DNA of 62,371 nt from an uncultured Clostridia bacterium (lineage in GTDB: Bacteria; Bacillota; Clostridia; TANB77; CAG-508): the NCBI GenBank assembly GCA_949280815.1, contig CASDJM010000003.1, positions 1 to 62,371 on the forward strand, in the 5' to 3' direction. The notes beneath the pieces are model-generated. The model saw nothing but the letters and a program-made list of their open reading frames with translations. It did not search any database and was not told the DNA's origin. The translations under genes were made by a program, and so were the position numbers. This document shows, in pieces, positions 49,450 to 60,303 of the stretch (position 1 is the first letter of the stretch; each line of letters begins with the position of its first letter).

Positions 49450-50319
49450 CTATCCTGTTTCTCTTCTCCAATAAAACAAATATTGTTGTGCCAGTCCTGC
49501 TAAATCACCGAATTTCTCTGTTGCTATTCTTTCAATCTGTTTTTTACTTACTTGATTCTCATTTGGTTCTTGTATATATAAATCATTCATGACCCTTCTG
49601 ACCCATACATCAATCGGAAAAACCTCTAATCGTTTTAACGTTGAAAATAATAAAATACAATCTGCTACTTTTGGTCCTATGCCAGACAAGGTTAATAATT
49701 GTTCTTTTAGTTCAAAGGTATTTGAATTCTTCTTCATTGCTTCTAAATCTACTTTTTGATTAACAATCATTTGCGTTGTTTCATACAACCTTTTATCTCT
49801 AAAACCTAATCCTAAATCTCTATATTCTTTTATCGTAACATCTTTTAACTGTTCTGCTGACGGAAACGTATAATACTTTTTCTCTCTCCAAATTATTTCA
49901 TTTCCGTAGGTTCGAGATAGTCTTTCTATAATTCCTCTAATCCTTGGTATATTATTATTAGCAGAAATGATAAAAGAAAGAATCGTTTCCCATAAATCTT
50001 GATTTAATAGTCGAATCCCTTGCCCATACTTTATACTAGCTTCCATATTCTCATCAATTTTAGCTAACTTCTCTTTTATTTGTTTATAATCTCTCTTTAA
50101 ATCAAAATATTCTTCTATCGTCTCTTTAATATCGTTTTTACATAGTCCTTCCATGATAATGTCTTGCTTTTCTTGTTTTACATTTAATACATTTTCGCCA
50201 AATACGCCTGTATAACTTCCATCTTCTTGCAAATTCCAACGAAAACATTGCCCACATTCAAAGATATCTTGCAAAACAAATGAATCTATATTTTTTAATA
50301 TTATTTTTTGTTCTTTCAT
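49450..50319 (-). CDS. 8-oxoguanine DNA glycosylase / HhH-GPD family N-glycosylase (Ogg-type)
   Basis: 289 aa with an OGG_N-like start (FECGQCFRW) and HhH-GPD motif LSGIGPKVADCILLF...FPIDVW. Confidence 0.7.
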   Translation of the reverse strand: MKEQKIILKNIDSFVLQDIFECGQCFRWNLQEDGSYTGVFGENVLNVKQEKQDIIMEGLCKNDIKETIEEYFDLKRDYKQIKEKLAKIDENMEASIKYGQGIRLLNQDLWETILSFIISANNNIPRIRGIIERLSRTYGNEIIWREKKYYTFPSAEQLKDVTIKEYRDLGLGFRDKRLYETTQMIVNQKVDLEAMKKNSNTFELKEQLLTLSGIGPKVADCILLFSTLKRLEVFPIDVWVRRVMNDLYIQEPNENQVSKKQIERIATEKFGDLAGLAQQYLFYWRRETG

Positions 50320-51043
50320 TCGTTACTCCTTTATTTTTGTGTATTTATTATACTATATTTTTTAGATTTTTTATAGTATTTTTATGTAATTAATATCTTT
50401 TATTACATTTTTTAACAAATTGTTTTTATCATAATGTTTTAATATCCCTAAACCAGGACAAAAGAATGAAATTTTTTTAAAAAGGCTTAAAAGTATTGAA
50501 ATATAAGAATTATACGCTTTTATCTTGTTTAAATTCCATCCTTTCTTTTTTGCTATACAAAACATTTTTGGTACTTCTATTTCTGGATTCAAATATGCTT
50601 TAAATCTTATTTTTTCATACTTAATTTGTATTCTTCTTTTACCATATTTATATACTTAATGAATTTTTCTTTATTATCTGTAAATTATATAATTCTTTCT
50701 TTTCTACCATGTATTATTGTCACTTTTGAATGTGAAATCATTTACCACTGTAATTTATTTTCTACACTCCATTGACTTCTTATTGCTCTTGAAAATAACT
50801 CTATATTTAATAATAAACTTGATATGTATTATCTTTTTTCTACTGTTTTATTTCCTTCTTTATTATTAGTAATCTATCTTCATCAAAATGTTTTTCACAG
50901 AGGATTAGACAGTTTGTCTTTCTATATGTTTTTTGGAAATCCTCTGCTTTCCTTATCCTGCCCTTTAAATTTTACGGAAATTTAAAGGGCAAAAAAATAA
51001 ATTAATATCTAAAAAAATATTGTTTCATATTTATCTTTTTATA

Positions 51044-51077
51044 AAATTAAAAATTCCTCGTACTTTTATACGAGGAA
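51044..51077 (-). terminator. rho-independent terminator downstream of yitT
   Basis: On the minus strand, TTCCTCGTA-TAAAAG-TACGAGGAA is followed by TTTTTAATTTT. Confidence 0.65.
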
Positions 51078-51265
51078 CGTATATTGTTTCGTGACAGTAC
51101 ACAATATAAAATATATTGCATAGCAAATGTATTCTAAATATATTAAAATATATATTATGCACTTAAGTTAAGAAAAATACTCCATTTTTTATAAATATTT
51201 TTTCATCTTATCATCTATTAGATTTAAATTTTCCTTAGTTTGACATTAACTTAATAAAAATATCT

Positions 51266-52109
51266 TTATGTCTTTTTAAAGCCCAATCCAACAACTTCTC
51301 TAGAATTAGTAATAACAATAAAACTATCTGGATCTATCTTTCGAGCAATCATTTTTATTTTCGAGATATCTCCTCTAGATGCTGCACACATTAGAACCAA
51401 TTTATCTTCATTTGTATACATTCCTTTTCCGAAAAGTCCTGTTGTACCTCTTTTAATTTTACCTCCTATTTCTTTTGCAATTTCCTCATTTTTATCTGAT
51501 ATAATTAATAGCAATTTGGTAAAATAAATTCCTTCAAACAGAATATCAATCATTTTTCCCATTGCATAAATAGCAATAGCTGAATACAAACCTATTTCAA
51601 TCTCTCTCAAAAAAATTACATTTAAGGCAACAATTACAGTATCTATGATAATAATAGCTCTACTCAAGCTAATTGTTGGTTTATATTTTTTTACAATATA
51701 ACTAGCCAAGTCAGTTCCACCAGTAGAAGAATTTACTTTTAAAAGAAGTGCTGTACCGTAATCCCATGATAATTCCTCCATAGATACATGCTAAAAATCG
51801 ATCATTTGTCAATGGCTGTAATCTTTCTAAAAAATCAATAAAAACAGATAGCGTTATAGTTCCTATCATAGATTTAAAGAAAAAACTCTTTCCTATTTTA
51901 AAAATTGCCAAAATAAATAATGGCACATTAATTAATAATATCATTGTTCCCATTGGTATATTCAATAAGTAATAGGTTATGGTTGCAATACCAGCTATTC
52001 CTCCAGATGATAACTGATTTGGTAATAAAAAGAGAGATACTGCTATCGCCATAATAAATGAACCTATTATCGTCCCTATTAATTCAATGACTAATTTTTT
52101 TACTTTCAT
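51266..52109 (-). CDS. YitT-family membrane protein (DUF2179 C-domain); +1 frame break at in-frame CGG (51758-51756)
   Basis: AAAGGTG RBS and ATG at 52109. The sequence ...IYGGIIMGL-(cgg)-GTALLLKVNSSTGGTDLASYIVKKY... joins the two listed ORFs. Confidence 0.8.
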
Positions 52110-52333
52110 AAATAAAATCACCTTTATAGCATTATTTGCATATACTGGTGATTTTATGCAGTTCCTAAAAAACTTTGTTGTAGAAGAATCGTATTCATCT
52201 CATAAAAAATTCACTCAAAATTTTGCATTCGAACAAAAATGCGACATAAGAATTAGCAAAAAATTTCATCATATTGCTCTTGTCATCTCCCCATTTAACC
52301 CCAAAACCAGTCAATGCTGTTCAATAGGGACAT

Positions 52334-53389
52334 TTATTCTTCTAAAAAGTCATTATAAGTTTTTGTAATCTCTATTTTGGACTTACCTTGCTTAATATTC
52401 TCATCTTGTTTTAAAATTAAATCTACATCATAAGTATCTTTTAATTTTGAAATATTTTCTTTTTTATGACCTATTACATTATTGGCATCAATTGGATTTA
52501 CTGTAACTTCTACTTCTTTTACTTTTACATTTAATTTTTTTATTTTACCAACAATAGCATCATACCACATAGCGGATTCTACTAATTGTCGGAAAGCTGG
52601 ATGATAAGGGCCTGCTACTACTTCACTTGTTTCTTTTCCTGGTTCTGCTATTTCATCTGTATTTTGCAAACCAACTCTGATAATCTCAATATTTTTATTG
52701 GCAAATATTCTAACTAATTCCTTACAAATTTCAACCGCCTGCACAAGTGGTAAGGCATCATATTTCCCCTCTTGATAATCTTTTTCCAATTGTGTATTCT
52801 TCACTACTAATACTGGATAAATTCTTATCATCTTAGGTTTTAATTTAATCAGTGCCTTAGCTGTATTCATCTCATCAATTCTAGTACTCTCTGGTAATCC
52901 TACCATCATTTGATGACCTAATTTAAACCCATTCCATCTTATCAATCTAGAAGCTTTTTTCACATCTGCGAAAGTATGACCTCTATTGGTTCTTTTTAAA
53001 ATATAGTCATTCGCAGATTGAACACCAAGTTCTATAGTTTTTACTTTATATTTCTTCAATCTTTTTAGAATTTCCTTATCAATATAATCTGGTCTGGTAG
53101 AAATTCGGATTGATTCTACTTTCCCTCTTTGTATATATTCATAGGCTGTTTCTAGCAATTCTTCTTGTAAATCTGCTTCTATCGCTGTAAAACTTCCTCC
53201 ATAAAAAGCTATTTCTATTTGTGCATCTTCGTCTTTTATACTTGCTAAGTAATCATCTATTATTTTTTTTGCTTCTTCTTTTGTCATATTCTTTTTTTGT
53301 CCACTAATTGATTTTTGATTACAAAAAATACAATCATTAGGGCATCCTAAATGTGGTACAAATATGGGTATGATATATTGTTTCATCAT
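52334..53389 (-). CDS. radical SAM protein (ELP3-like / COG1243 family)
   Basis: 351 aa with the CPNDCIFCNQ (CxxxCxxC) cluster near the N-terminus. Confidence 0.75.
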   Translation of the reverse strand: MMKQYIIPIFVPHLGCPNDCIFCNQKSISGQKKNMTKEEAKKIIDDYLASIKDEDAQIEIAFYGGSFTAIEADLQEELLETAYEYIQRGKVESIRISTRPDYIDKEILKRLKKYKVKTIELGVQSANDYILKRTNRGHTFADVKKASRLIRWNGFKLGHQMMVGLPESTRIDEMNTAKALIKLKPKMIRIYPVLVVKNTQLEKDYQEGKYDALPLVQAVEICKELVRIFANKNIEIIRVGLQNTDEIAEPGKETSEVVAGPYHPAFRQLVESAMWYDAIVGKIKKLNVKVKEVEVTVNPIDANNVIGHKKENISKLKDTYDVDLILKQDENIKQGKSKIEITKTYNDFLEE

Positions 53390-53408
53390 ATACTTTTACC
53401 TCTCTTTT

Positions 53409-54078
53409 CTACTTTAAATTTTCTAATGCTTTCTGAGCTGCACTCATATGAGCTTCTTTCTTACTTTTCCCCTTTCCTTTTGCCAAAACTTTTCCATTGC
53501 AACTTACTTGTGCTTCAAATTGCTTGTTATGGTCTGGCCCTTTTTCTTTTGTGATTTCATATTCAATTTTTACTTCTCCATGTTGTTGTAATTTTTCTTG
53601 CAATACCGTTTTATAGTCTTTATCCCCTACATGTTTTGTTGCTATTTCAATTTCATCTTTTAAATTATCAACAATAAATTTTTCTACTTCTTCTATTCCA
53701 CCATCTAGGTAAATAGCTGCAATAACTGCCTCTACACTGTCCGCTAAAATGGCAGGTCTCTTCTCTCCTCCTGACTTTTTTTCTGATTTTCCAAGATATA
53801 AGAAATCACTAAAATTATGCATTTGGGCTATTTTGTATAAACTTTTTTCACAAACTACAGTTGCTCTAACTTTAGTCATTTCTCCTTCTTTTAATTTAGG
53901 ATAGTTTTTGTATAGATATTTACTAGATATGAACTCTAATATACTATCTCCTAGAAACTCTAATTTTTCATTGCTTTCTATTTTATTTTCATAGGCATAT
54001 GATGTATGTGTTAAAGCTTTTTTTAATAAACTTTTGTCTTGAAATGTATATCCGTATGCTTTCTTCTACTTTTCGCAT
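53409..54078 (-). CDS. rnc: ribonuclease III; +1 frame break at in-frame CGG (54054-54052), codon 9
   Basis: AGGAGG RBS and ATG at 54078. The sequence MRKVEESI-(cgg)-GYTFQDKSLLKKALTHTSYAYENK..EKLEFLGDSILEF... joins to the listed 156-aa ORF, which carries the dsRBD. Confidence 0.9.
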
Positions 54079-54356
54079 GTTACACCTCCTCATTTTTTCT
54101 TCCTTTCCATTATATACTATTTTACAAATTTTGCAAGAGGAAAAAAGATAAGAGAGTTAGGAGGACTCCTTTGCCAACCAACAGGGAGGTACTTTACCTA
54201 TTCTGCATAAATAACGAATCCGACTGAAATAGTTTATCAAACTCTCTTGTCTCTTTTTACCAGCTTTTTTTTTACTATTTTTATGGACAAGTTTTAACTA
54301 TTATTGTATAATAAATATGTATTATTTTAAGCAAAATTAAGAAAGAGAGAAAAACT

Positions 54357-55700
54357 ATGTTGGATAATTATAATAACAGAAATTTATCTGATGTATTTAG
54401 GGAATTGCAACAAGCACAAACTACTAGTACAGACAAACATAATAGAAAACGCTATGTACCAAAAAGGAATTTCACTTCTTATTTTCGTACAAGTAGCCCA
54501 TACAAAAGCTATGATTTGAAACTTTCTCATATTATAGTGGGTTGTGGTATTTTGATTGTCGGATTAGCTGTTTTATTTCCAAAAAACACCTCTTTTACAC
54601 AAAGTTATGCAAAAGAAGAAACCATAGAAGAAATTTCCGAATATGAATTAAATCGTCATCGATTAAACATACAAAACATCATTTCTGAAAATGCTGACAT
54701 GGATAGAGTAAAAGAACAAGTTACGGAAGAACGTGAAATCGAATTTGAAACAAAATATAATAATAATCCTACCCTTCCAAAAAGTGAAGAAATTGTAACC
54801 CAAGAAGGTAGTCTTGGTAAAGAAAATGTAACTGCTGTAAAAACTTATGAAAATGGTAATTTCGTCGAAGAAATCATTCTAAGCAAAGAAAAATTAGTGG
54901 AGCCAGTTTCTAAATTGATTGACGTTGGTACTTCTGAATTCTTAGCGAAACATAAAGTACATATTGGCGATACCATGTATTTTATTGATACTGCTAAATT
55001 AAAAGAAACTGCTGATGTCTCATCTTCTGATGTAGCTGAAGTAAAGAAGAGCTTAGATGTCAAATTACTAGAATTACCGAGTGAAGAATGGTGTAAAGTC
55101 TCCTTTGATAATGTAGAAGGTTATACAAAAACTTCTAATTTAACTTCTTCTTATTCAACACCAAATATTACAGAGAAAAACAGAATACAAAAGATTTTAA
55201 TCAAAGTAAATATTGATATGGAATTGAATAAAGCTAGTGGTTTAACCTTAAATGATTATAAGAAAATATTTACAGATATTCCAAATGATACCAATAAAAT
55301 ATTCCAAAATAATTACACTTCTTTCTATAATGCAGAAAAGAAATATAATATTAATGGTATTTTCTTAGCCTCTATTGCTATTCACGAAAGTGGTTGGGGT
55401 AGTTCTCAAATCGCTAATGACAAGCACAACTTATTTGGTTATGGCTCTTATGATGCCACACCTTATGAATCTTCTTTTCAATTTACTGATTACTCAGAAG
55501 GAATTGAAACAGTTGCTAAATCTTTAGTAAAATATTATCTAAACCCATCTGGAACTAAGATTTATGATAATGAAACCGCTGCTGCTTGGTATTATAATGG
55601 ACCTACTTTGAAGGGTGTTAATACAAGATATGCAAGTGACGAAAATTGGCATTCAAAAGTATTTAAGTATATGGAAACTTTATATGGTAGACTTCAATAA
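54357..55700 (+). CDS. cell-wall hydrolase: TM anchor + G5 domain + SH3-like domain + N-acetylglucosaminidase (LytD-type) domain
   Basis: 447 aa. The G5-like segment is VTEEREIEFETKYNNNPTLPKSEEIVTQEGSLGKENV, and the glucosaminidase motif is GIFLASIAIHESGWGSS...NLFGYG. Confidence 0.75.
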   Translation: MLDNYNNRNLSDVFRELQQAQTTSTDKHNRKRYVPKRNFTSYFRTSSPYKSYDLKLSHIIVGCGILIVGLAVLFPKNTSFTQSYAKEETIEEISEYELNRHRLNIQNIISENADMDRVKEQVTEEREIEFETKYNNNPTLPKSEEIVTQEGSLGKENVTAVKTYENGNFVEEIILSKEKLVEPVSKLIDVGTSEFLAKHKVHIGDTMYFIDTAKLKETADVSSSDVAEVKKSLDVKLLELPSEEWCKVSFDNVEGYTKTSNLTSSYSTPNITEKNRIQKILIKVNIDMELNKASGLTLNDYKKIFTDIPNDTNKIFQNNYTSFYNAEKKYNINGIFLASIAIHESGWGSSQIANDKHNLFGYGSYDATPYESSFQFTDYSEGIETVAKSLVKYYLNPSGTKIYDNETAAAWYYNGPTLKGVNTRYASDENWHSKVFKYMETLYGRLQ

Positions 55701-55778
55701 CAATTATTTTTGTATGGAATGTATTTCTATTATAGGAAATTTAAATAACTTTCCTATAATAGAAAAAAGAATGAAAGG

Positions 55779-56624
55779 ATGTGTAATGAAGTGAAAAAAT
55801 TTAAACTACAAAATGAAAGATTATTTTTTACCATTTTAATCCTTGCTCTATTTATCATATTTCTTCTATATTACAATTTAGTATTTTCTGTCGTATTTGC
55901 TAGGAATGCTTTTGCAAATGAAATGATAGAAATTGCAGATCAAAACGAAGATACAATTTTTAATGTTCAAAAAATATTGTTATATAGCAGTGCCAATGCC
56001 ATTGATAATTCGGAAGATCAATCCTTAAAAGATATGAGTATTTGCCAATATACTGACATTTCTATCTATATTGATAATACCAGTTCTATCACTGAATTAA
56101 CGAATGAAAATACCATCAAACAATTATATATTGACAATATTGTAGCCACTTCTAATGCTGATATAGGAACTAAAATTTTAAATTATAAAAATCCTTTAGA
56201 TTTTGGTAAATATAAAATGATAGAACCTCCTGAAAATAACAGAATTGATTTTAAAATTATAAATACCAATTCAGAAAATGAAAATAATGATTATGCAAAT
56301 CCTACTTTTTATACAGATTGTTCTAATCCTATTTCTTTAGGTTATATGAATAAAGACATCTTAAAAAATTATGCCGTTTCTCAAGATGCTAATACCGTTT
56401 CTTTTAATGGCAAAGTTTTACAAGAGGCAAATATTAATTTAGACGATATCAATTACACTCTAACTTTTAAAATTCATATTGTGAATAATCTAAACCAAAA
56501 ATTTATATATAATATGAAATTAGACATCAATTTAAATGATAATAATGGTGGCATTTATAATGGATATGTCTATAGAGGAAAAACTACAACAGGTAATGAA
56601 TATAGATTTTTTAAAGAGATTTAG
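55779..56624 (+). CDS. membrane-anchored hypothetical protein
   Basis: 281 aa ORF with an N-terminal TM segment (FFTILILALFIIFLLYYNLVF). The start is uncertain (ATG 55779 or GTG 55791). Confidence 0.5.
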   Translation: MCNEVKKFKLQNERLFFTILILALFIIFLLYYNLVFSVVFARNAFANEMIEIADQNEDTIFNVQKILLYSSANAIDNSEDQSLKDMSICQYTDISIYIDNTSSITELTNENTIKQLYIDNIVATSNADIGTKILNYKNPLDFGKYKMIEPPENNRIDFKIINTNSENENNDYANPTFYTDCSNPISLGYMNKDILKNYAVSQDANTVSFNGKVLQEANINLDDINYTLTFKIHIVNNLNQKFIYNMKLDINLNDNNGGIYNGYVYRGKTTTGNEYRFFKEI

Positions 56625-56670
56625 TATCTAACTAAATCTCTTTTTCATATGATAAACTGAGGTGTTGATT

Positions 56671-56823
56671 TTGAACTCATGTGAATTTGTTAGTTTTATA
56701 ACTTCTATTGCTTGTGTTATTTCACAAGATAAATCTGCTGATGAATTAAATTTATTAGGTACTCTTTTTTCGCAACTAGGCGACACATTGCAAACCATAG
56801 CCGCTACTAAAGCTTGTGAATAA
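56671..56823 (+). CDS. small conserved-looking hypothetical protein (50 aa)
   Basis: GAGGTG RBS and TTG at 56671. The product is (M)NSCEFVSFITSIACVISQDKSADELNLLGTLFSQLGDTLQTIAATKACE. It is below the ORF-track cutoff. Confidence 0.45.
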   Translation: MNSCEFVSFITSIACVISQDKSADELNLLGTLFSQLGDTLQTIAATKACE

Positions 56824-56830
56824 TTGTAAA

Positions 56831-57895
56831 TTATTTAATCTTTTTTGAAATATACTTGTGAAAAGGACGGGATGTAATTGCTAATTTCAAAATTTGAGCT
56901 AATCCTAGATAACCAAAGATAGGATATAACAAGCTAACTAAATTAGAAAATCCAATTTTAGAAATGATAATAGAGATTATACACATAATTAACGCAATTT
57001 GTGTATAATTTTTTTTATATTCTTTACTTTTTACTGTGTTTTGTAAAAAACTCGTACCTAATGAAATAGCCGTAGTAAAAATAGAACCTAATATAATAAA
57101 TCCATAAATATATTTCAACATTTGAAACATATTAGAAACCACATAAACAGCTGGCATCTCTAATTGTGTAATATCAACATCTACTCTTACCAATAATAAA
57201 AATATAACTATAGATAGTAAAATAATAATAATGCTACTAATACTTGCTATTTTTAAAATTTGTTTTTTATCTTGAATATAATTTTTTAAAGTCAGTAAGA
57301 CTGGTATTAACAAAATGCTATTATAGCTTCCATATAAAACAGCATCTAAAATAAAGCTAGAAGAATTATTTTTCACAATGTAATCTCCTAATTCTAATAA
57401 ATGCAAGTCTTTTAAATTGATAATTCCAATTACAAATAGAAATCCAATTAATATGGGAACTAACAATTCATTTGCTTTTACAAATCCTTTTACACTTGTT
57501 AAAAAAACAATAAAACATGCTATGGCTAAAATAGTACTTCCTATTAGGCTATTAACTCCTAATTCTTGTTCAAAATAAGCACCAAATCCAGCTATCATAA
57601 TAAAAAACGTAATTAAAATAAAAATATTAATTATCAAATTGATAATTGGTTTTAATTTTTCATTTTTTCGAATTAAAATATCCAGAAAATCTTTGTAGGT
57701 ATCTACACCATATTTGTTTACAATTTGAAAAGTTTTGTAAATAACAAAACCTATAATAAAACTAGAAATTAAAATTCCTATTAATCCTTCGATTCCATAG
57801 GAAAAGAAAAACAGATACACCTCTTGCCCAGAGGCAAATCCTGCTCCAATCATAGTTCCTATAATAACAAATACTACTTTAAAAATATTACGCAT
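56831..57895 (-). CDS. YkvI-family membrane protein (putative transporter)
   Basis: The protein starts MRNIFKVVFVIIGTMIGAGFASGQEVYLFF and has about 10 TM segments. Confidence 0.65.
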   Translation of the reverse strand: MRNIFKVVFVIIGTMIGAGFASGQEVYLFFFSYGIEGLIGILISSFIIGFVIYKTFQIVNKYGVDTYKDFLDILIRKNEKLKPIINLIINIFILITFFIMIAGFGAYFEQELGVNSLIGSTILAIACFIVFLTSVKGFVKANELLVPILIGFLFVIGIINLKDLHLLELGDYIVKNNSSSFILDAVLYGSYNSILLIPVLLTLKNYIQDKKQILKIASISSIIIILLSIVIFLLLVRVDVDITQLEMPAVYVVSNMFQMLKYIYGFIILGSIFTTAISLGTSFLQNTVKSKEYKKNYTQIALIMCIISIIISKIGFSNLVSLLYPIFGYLGLAQILKLAITSRPFHKYISKKIK

Positions 57896-58050
57896 AAAAA
57901 TCAAACCCCATATTATTTTATGGAGTCTTTTGGAATTTATTCAAAAATCTCCCCACTGGTTCCAGGATAAACTGGGGACATTAAAAATAGAATTAAATTA
58001 AATGCCCCCATTTAATCCCGTAACCAGTGGGGAATTATTGGGGACATTTT

Positions 58051-59607
58051 TTATTTCTTTCTTCTTCTAATTTGCCATACGACAATTCCTATTATAATGA
58101 TAATAATTGGTACTGCAAATATAATCACTCTAATAATCGTATCTTGTGCTTCCGTTGCTGTATAAGTTACTGTTCCTGTATTTTTTCTTGCTGTGATATC
58201 TTCTTCTCTATCTACTAAATAAGCAATAGAATTTAGAATTAAGTCTTTATTATAGCTAGCAAGTTGAATCGCTGCATATTGAGAAGTTTGGTTTAATGGA
58301 AGGTCTGACACAAAGTAGTTTTCTCCATAAATCACTAATTTTGATGTAACAGCACTTTCTCCATTTTCTTCATTCGCTTCTTTGATAGTTTTTTCTAATT
58401 CAGCTCCTACTACAAAAGTTCCTTTTTCTTCATTATGACTTATACTGTCAGATTGAATTTTAAAGTCTGTTCTATAATATGAACTTTCACTTGCTAATAG
58501 CAAGTCTGTTTCTTCTACCTTTAACTCCTCTAATTTATCTGTATCAATATTTATTTTAGTTGCATTAATGAAGATAACCCCTGTTGTATTATATAAATCT
58601 TTTGTTACTGTTGCTTGTTCTATTTCTGGTAGAATTAAGTCCGGAGAATTTGTTACCATTTTATTGGCATCTGTTTCTCTTATAATACCTACCTCAAATG
58701 GTTTTACACCATAATTGGCTAATACTTTATTAACATTTGGCATATCTTTTTGACTTGTTATGGCAGAATTTAACCATAAAATATTTTTTCCTGATTGAAT
58801 ATAGTCTATAATAGCATTTGTTGCAATTTCATTAAAATCTTGATTAGGAGTTGTAATAACAAGAGTATCACAATCATCTGGAACTTTTCCTGTTGTTAAT
58901 AAATTTAGAGTAGCTATTTCATTAATTTCATTTGCTAAATACATATTTAAATAATTCATATTTTGACTTAATGAAAATTCGCTATATCCCTCTAGGAAAT
59001 ATACTTTTGGTACTTTTTCACTAGTAACAGAAACGATACTGCTTGTTAGCTTTTCTTCTGCTATACTAATAGTTTCATAGGTAGAAGTATCATAAGTTAC
59101 TAAGTCGTTAGTAGATAACACCTTTGATTTTTCTCCACATTCTACAATAATTCCTTGGGTTCCGCTTTCAATTCCATATTTGTTGACTAAATCCGGTCTA
59201 TTATTAGCATCTACCGCTTCTGCTACAATTCTTTCATTTGCCTTTTTATATTGTTTCGCTAAATCAAGGTTAGAATCATCATCTGTAGAACCTACAAAAT
59301 AGATATTAACATCTTTATCAATATTTTTTACTTTTTCTTTACTTTCCTCTGTTAATGTGTACAACTTTTCTTGTGTAAAGTCGATTGGTGTTAATTCTAA
59401 TTTTTGCATAATTATATTAATGGCTATAAAAATTGCTATGATAATAGCTACTAAAAGACATGTCATTGTTCCATTGATTAACCATTTCTTTTTAATTATT
59501 TCTACGAATTTATTTGTTTTCTTATCATTCTTGTTTTTCTCTTTTTTCGTTTTTTCCTGTTTTGTCTCTTTTGTCTTATTTTTTAACTCTTCTTTTCTCT
59601 CTTCCAA
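58051..59607 (-). CDS. GldG-like auxiliary component of an ABC-2 type transport system
   Basis: 518 aa with N- and C-terminal TM anchors around a large extracytoplasmic domain. It lies downstream of the ABC ATPase and ABC-2 permease. Confidence 0.55.
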   Translation of the reverse strand: MEERKEELKNKTKETKQEKTKKEKNKNDKKTNKFVEIIKKKWLINGTMTCLLVAIIIAIFIAINIIMQKLELTPIDFTQEKLYTLTEESKEKVKNIDKDVNIYFVGSTDDDSNLDLAKQYKKANERIVAEAVDANNRPDLVNKYGIESGTQGIIVECGEKSKVLSTNDLVTYDTSTYETISIAEEKLTSSIVSVTSEKVPKVYFLEGYSEFSLSQNMNYLNMYLANEINEIATLNLLTTGKVPDDCDTLVITTPNQDFNEIATNAIIDYIQSGKNILWLNSAITSQKDMPNVNKVLANYGVKPFEVGIIRETDANKMVTNSPDLILPEIEQATVTKDLYNTTGVIFINATKINIDTDKLEELKVEETDLLLASESSYYRTDFKIQSDSISHNEEKGTFVVGAELEKTIKEANEENGESAVTSKLVIYGENYFVSDLPLNQTSQYAAIQLASYNKDLILNSIAYLVDREEDITARKNTGTVTYTATEAQDTIIRVIIFAVPIIIIIIGIVVWQIRRRKK

Positions 59608-59622
59608 TCTAATTCCCTCCTT

Positions 59623-60303
59623 CTATCTCACACTTTTTCTTCTTTGCATAAATATAATCGTAAGTAGTAAACATGCTACTGTAAATCCTATAAATGTTAC
59701 TGTGTCTGCAATATCAATTTGTCCTGATGGGAATTTTGAGAACATATTGATTAATGAAAAGTTGGTAAATATGGTACTAAACTGTGGTAAAAACCATGTC
59801 AATATGAAAAATCCTATTGTAATAACTCCTGCTATAATTTGATTCTCTGTTATGCTAGAAGCCAATATCCCGAAGGAAATATAACTAATCGCTAATAATA
59901 AAAATCCTAACATGGTGATTAATGCTGTTATGATGTGTGGTTTTCCAAAGAAACATAGGATAGCAAAATACATAAAGGTGCAAACTAAAGTAATTACAAC
60001 AATTAATGTTGCCGCCATAAATTTTCCTATTACTATTTTTGTAATGCTAAGTGGTGACGTAAGTAATAATTGCTCTGTTCCACTTTTTCTTTCTTCTGCC
60101 ATTGTTCTCATCGTAAGGATTGGAACAATAAATGTCAATATAGTTGCTCCTGAATAGAATATGTATTCAAAATTTGTACTTTGATAGTTAAATACATCAG
60201 TATAGAAAAATATACTAAACATGATTAAAAATAATCCTATAAATACATATCCAACTGGAGAATAAAAATAAGATTTAAACTCTTTTTTAATAACTGCCCA
60301 CAT
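59623..60303 (-). CDS. ABC-2 family transporter permease (GldF-like)
   Basis: 226 aa with 6 TM segments. The start overlaps the ATPase stop. Confidence 0.7.
   Translation of the reverse strand: MWAVIKKEFKSYFYSPVGYVFIGLFLIMFSIFFYTDVFNYQSTNFEYIFYSGATILTFIVPILTMRTMAEERKSGTEQLLLTSPLSITKIVIGKFMAATLIVVITLVCTFMYFAILCFFGKPHIITALITMLGFLLLAISYISFGILASSITENQIIAGVITIGFFILTWFLPQFSTIFTNFSLINMFSKFPSGQIDIADTVTFIGFTVACLLLTIIFMQRRKSVR

Noticed and set aside
50371-50592. A 73-aa ORF as a real gene.
   Set aside because: It has no RBS, sits at the end of a stop-riddled region, and its composition is typical of decayed sequence. It is treated as part of a remnant.
54079-54356. A ydaO (c-di-AMP) riboswitch upstream of the cell-wall hydrolase.
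   Set aside because: Only a weak GAAUCCGAC resemblance is present. The GGGGACCCA, GGGUGAAUCC and ACCUCGUAAG cores are absent, and the best promoter lies downstream of the structure.
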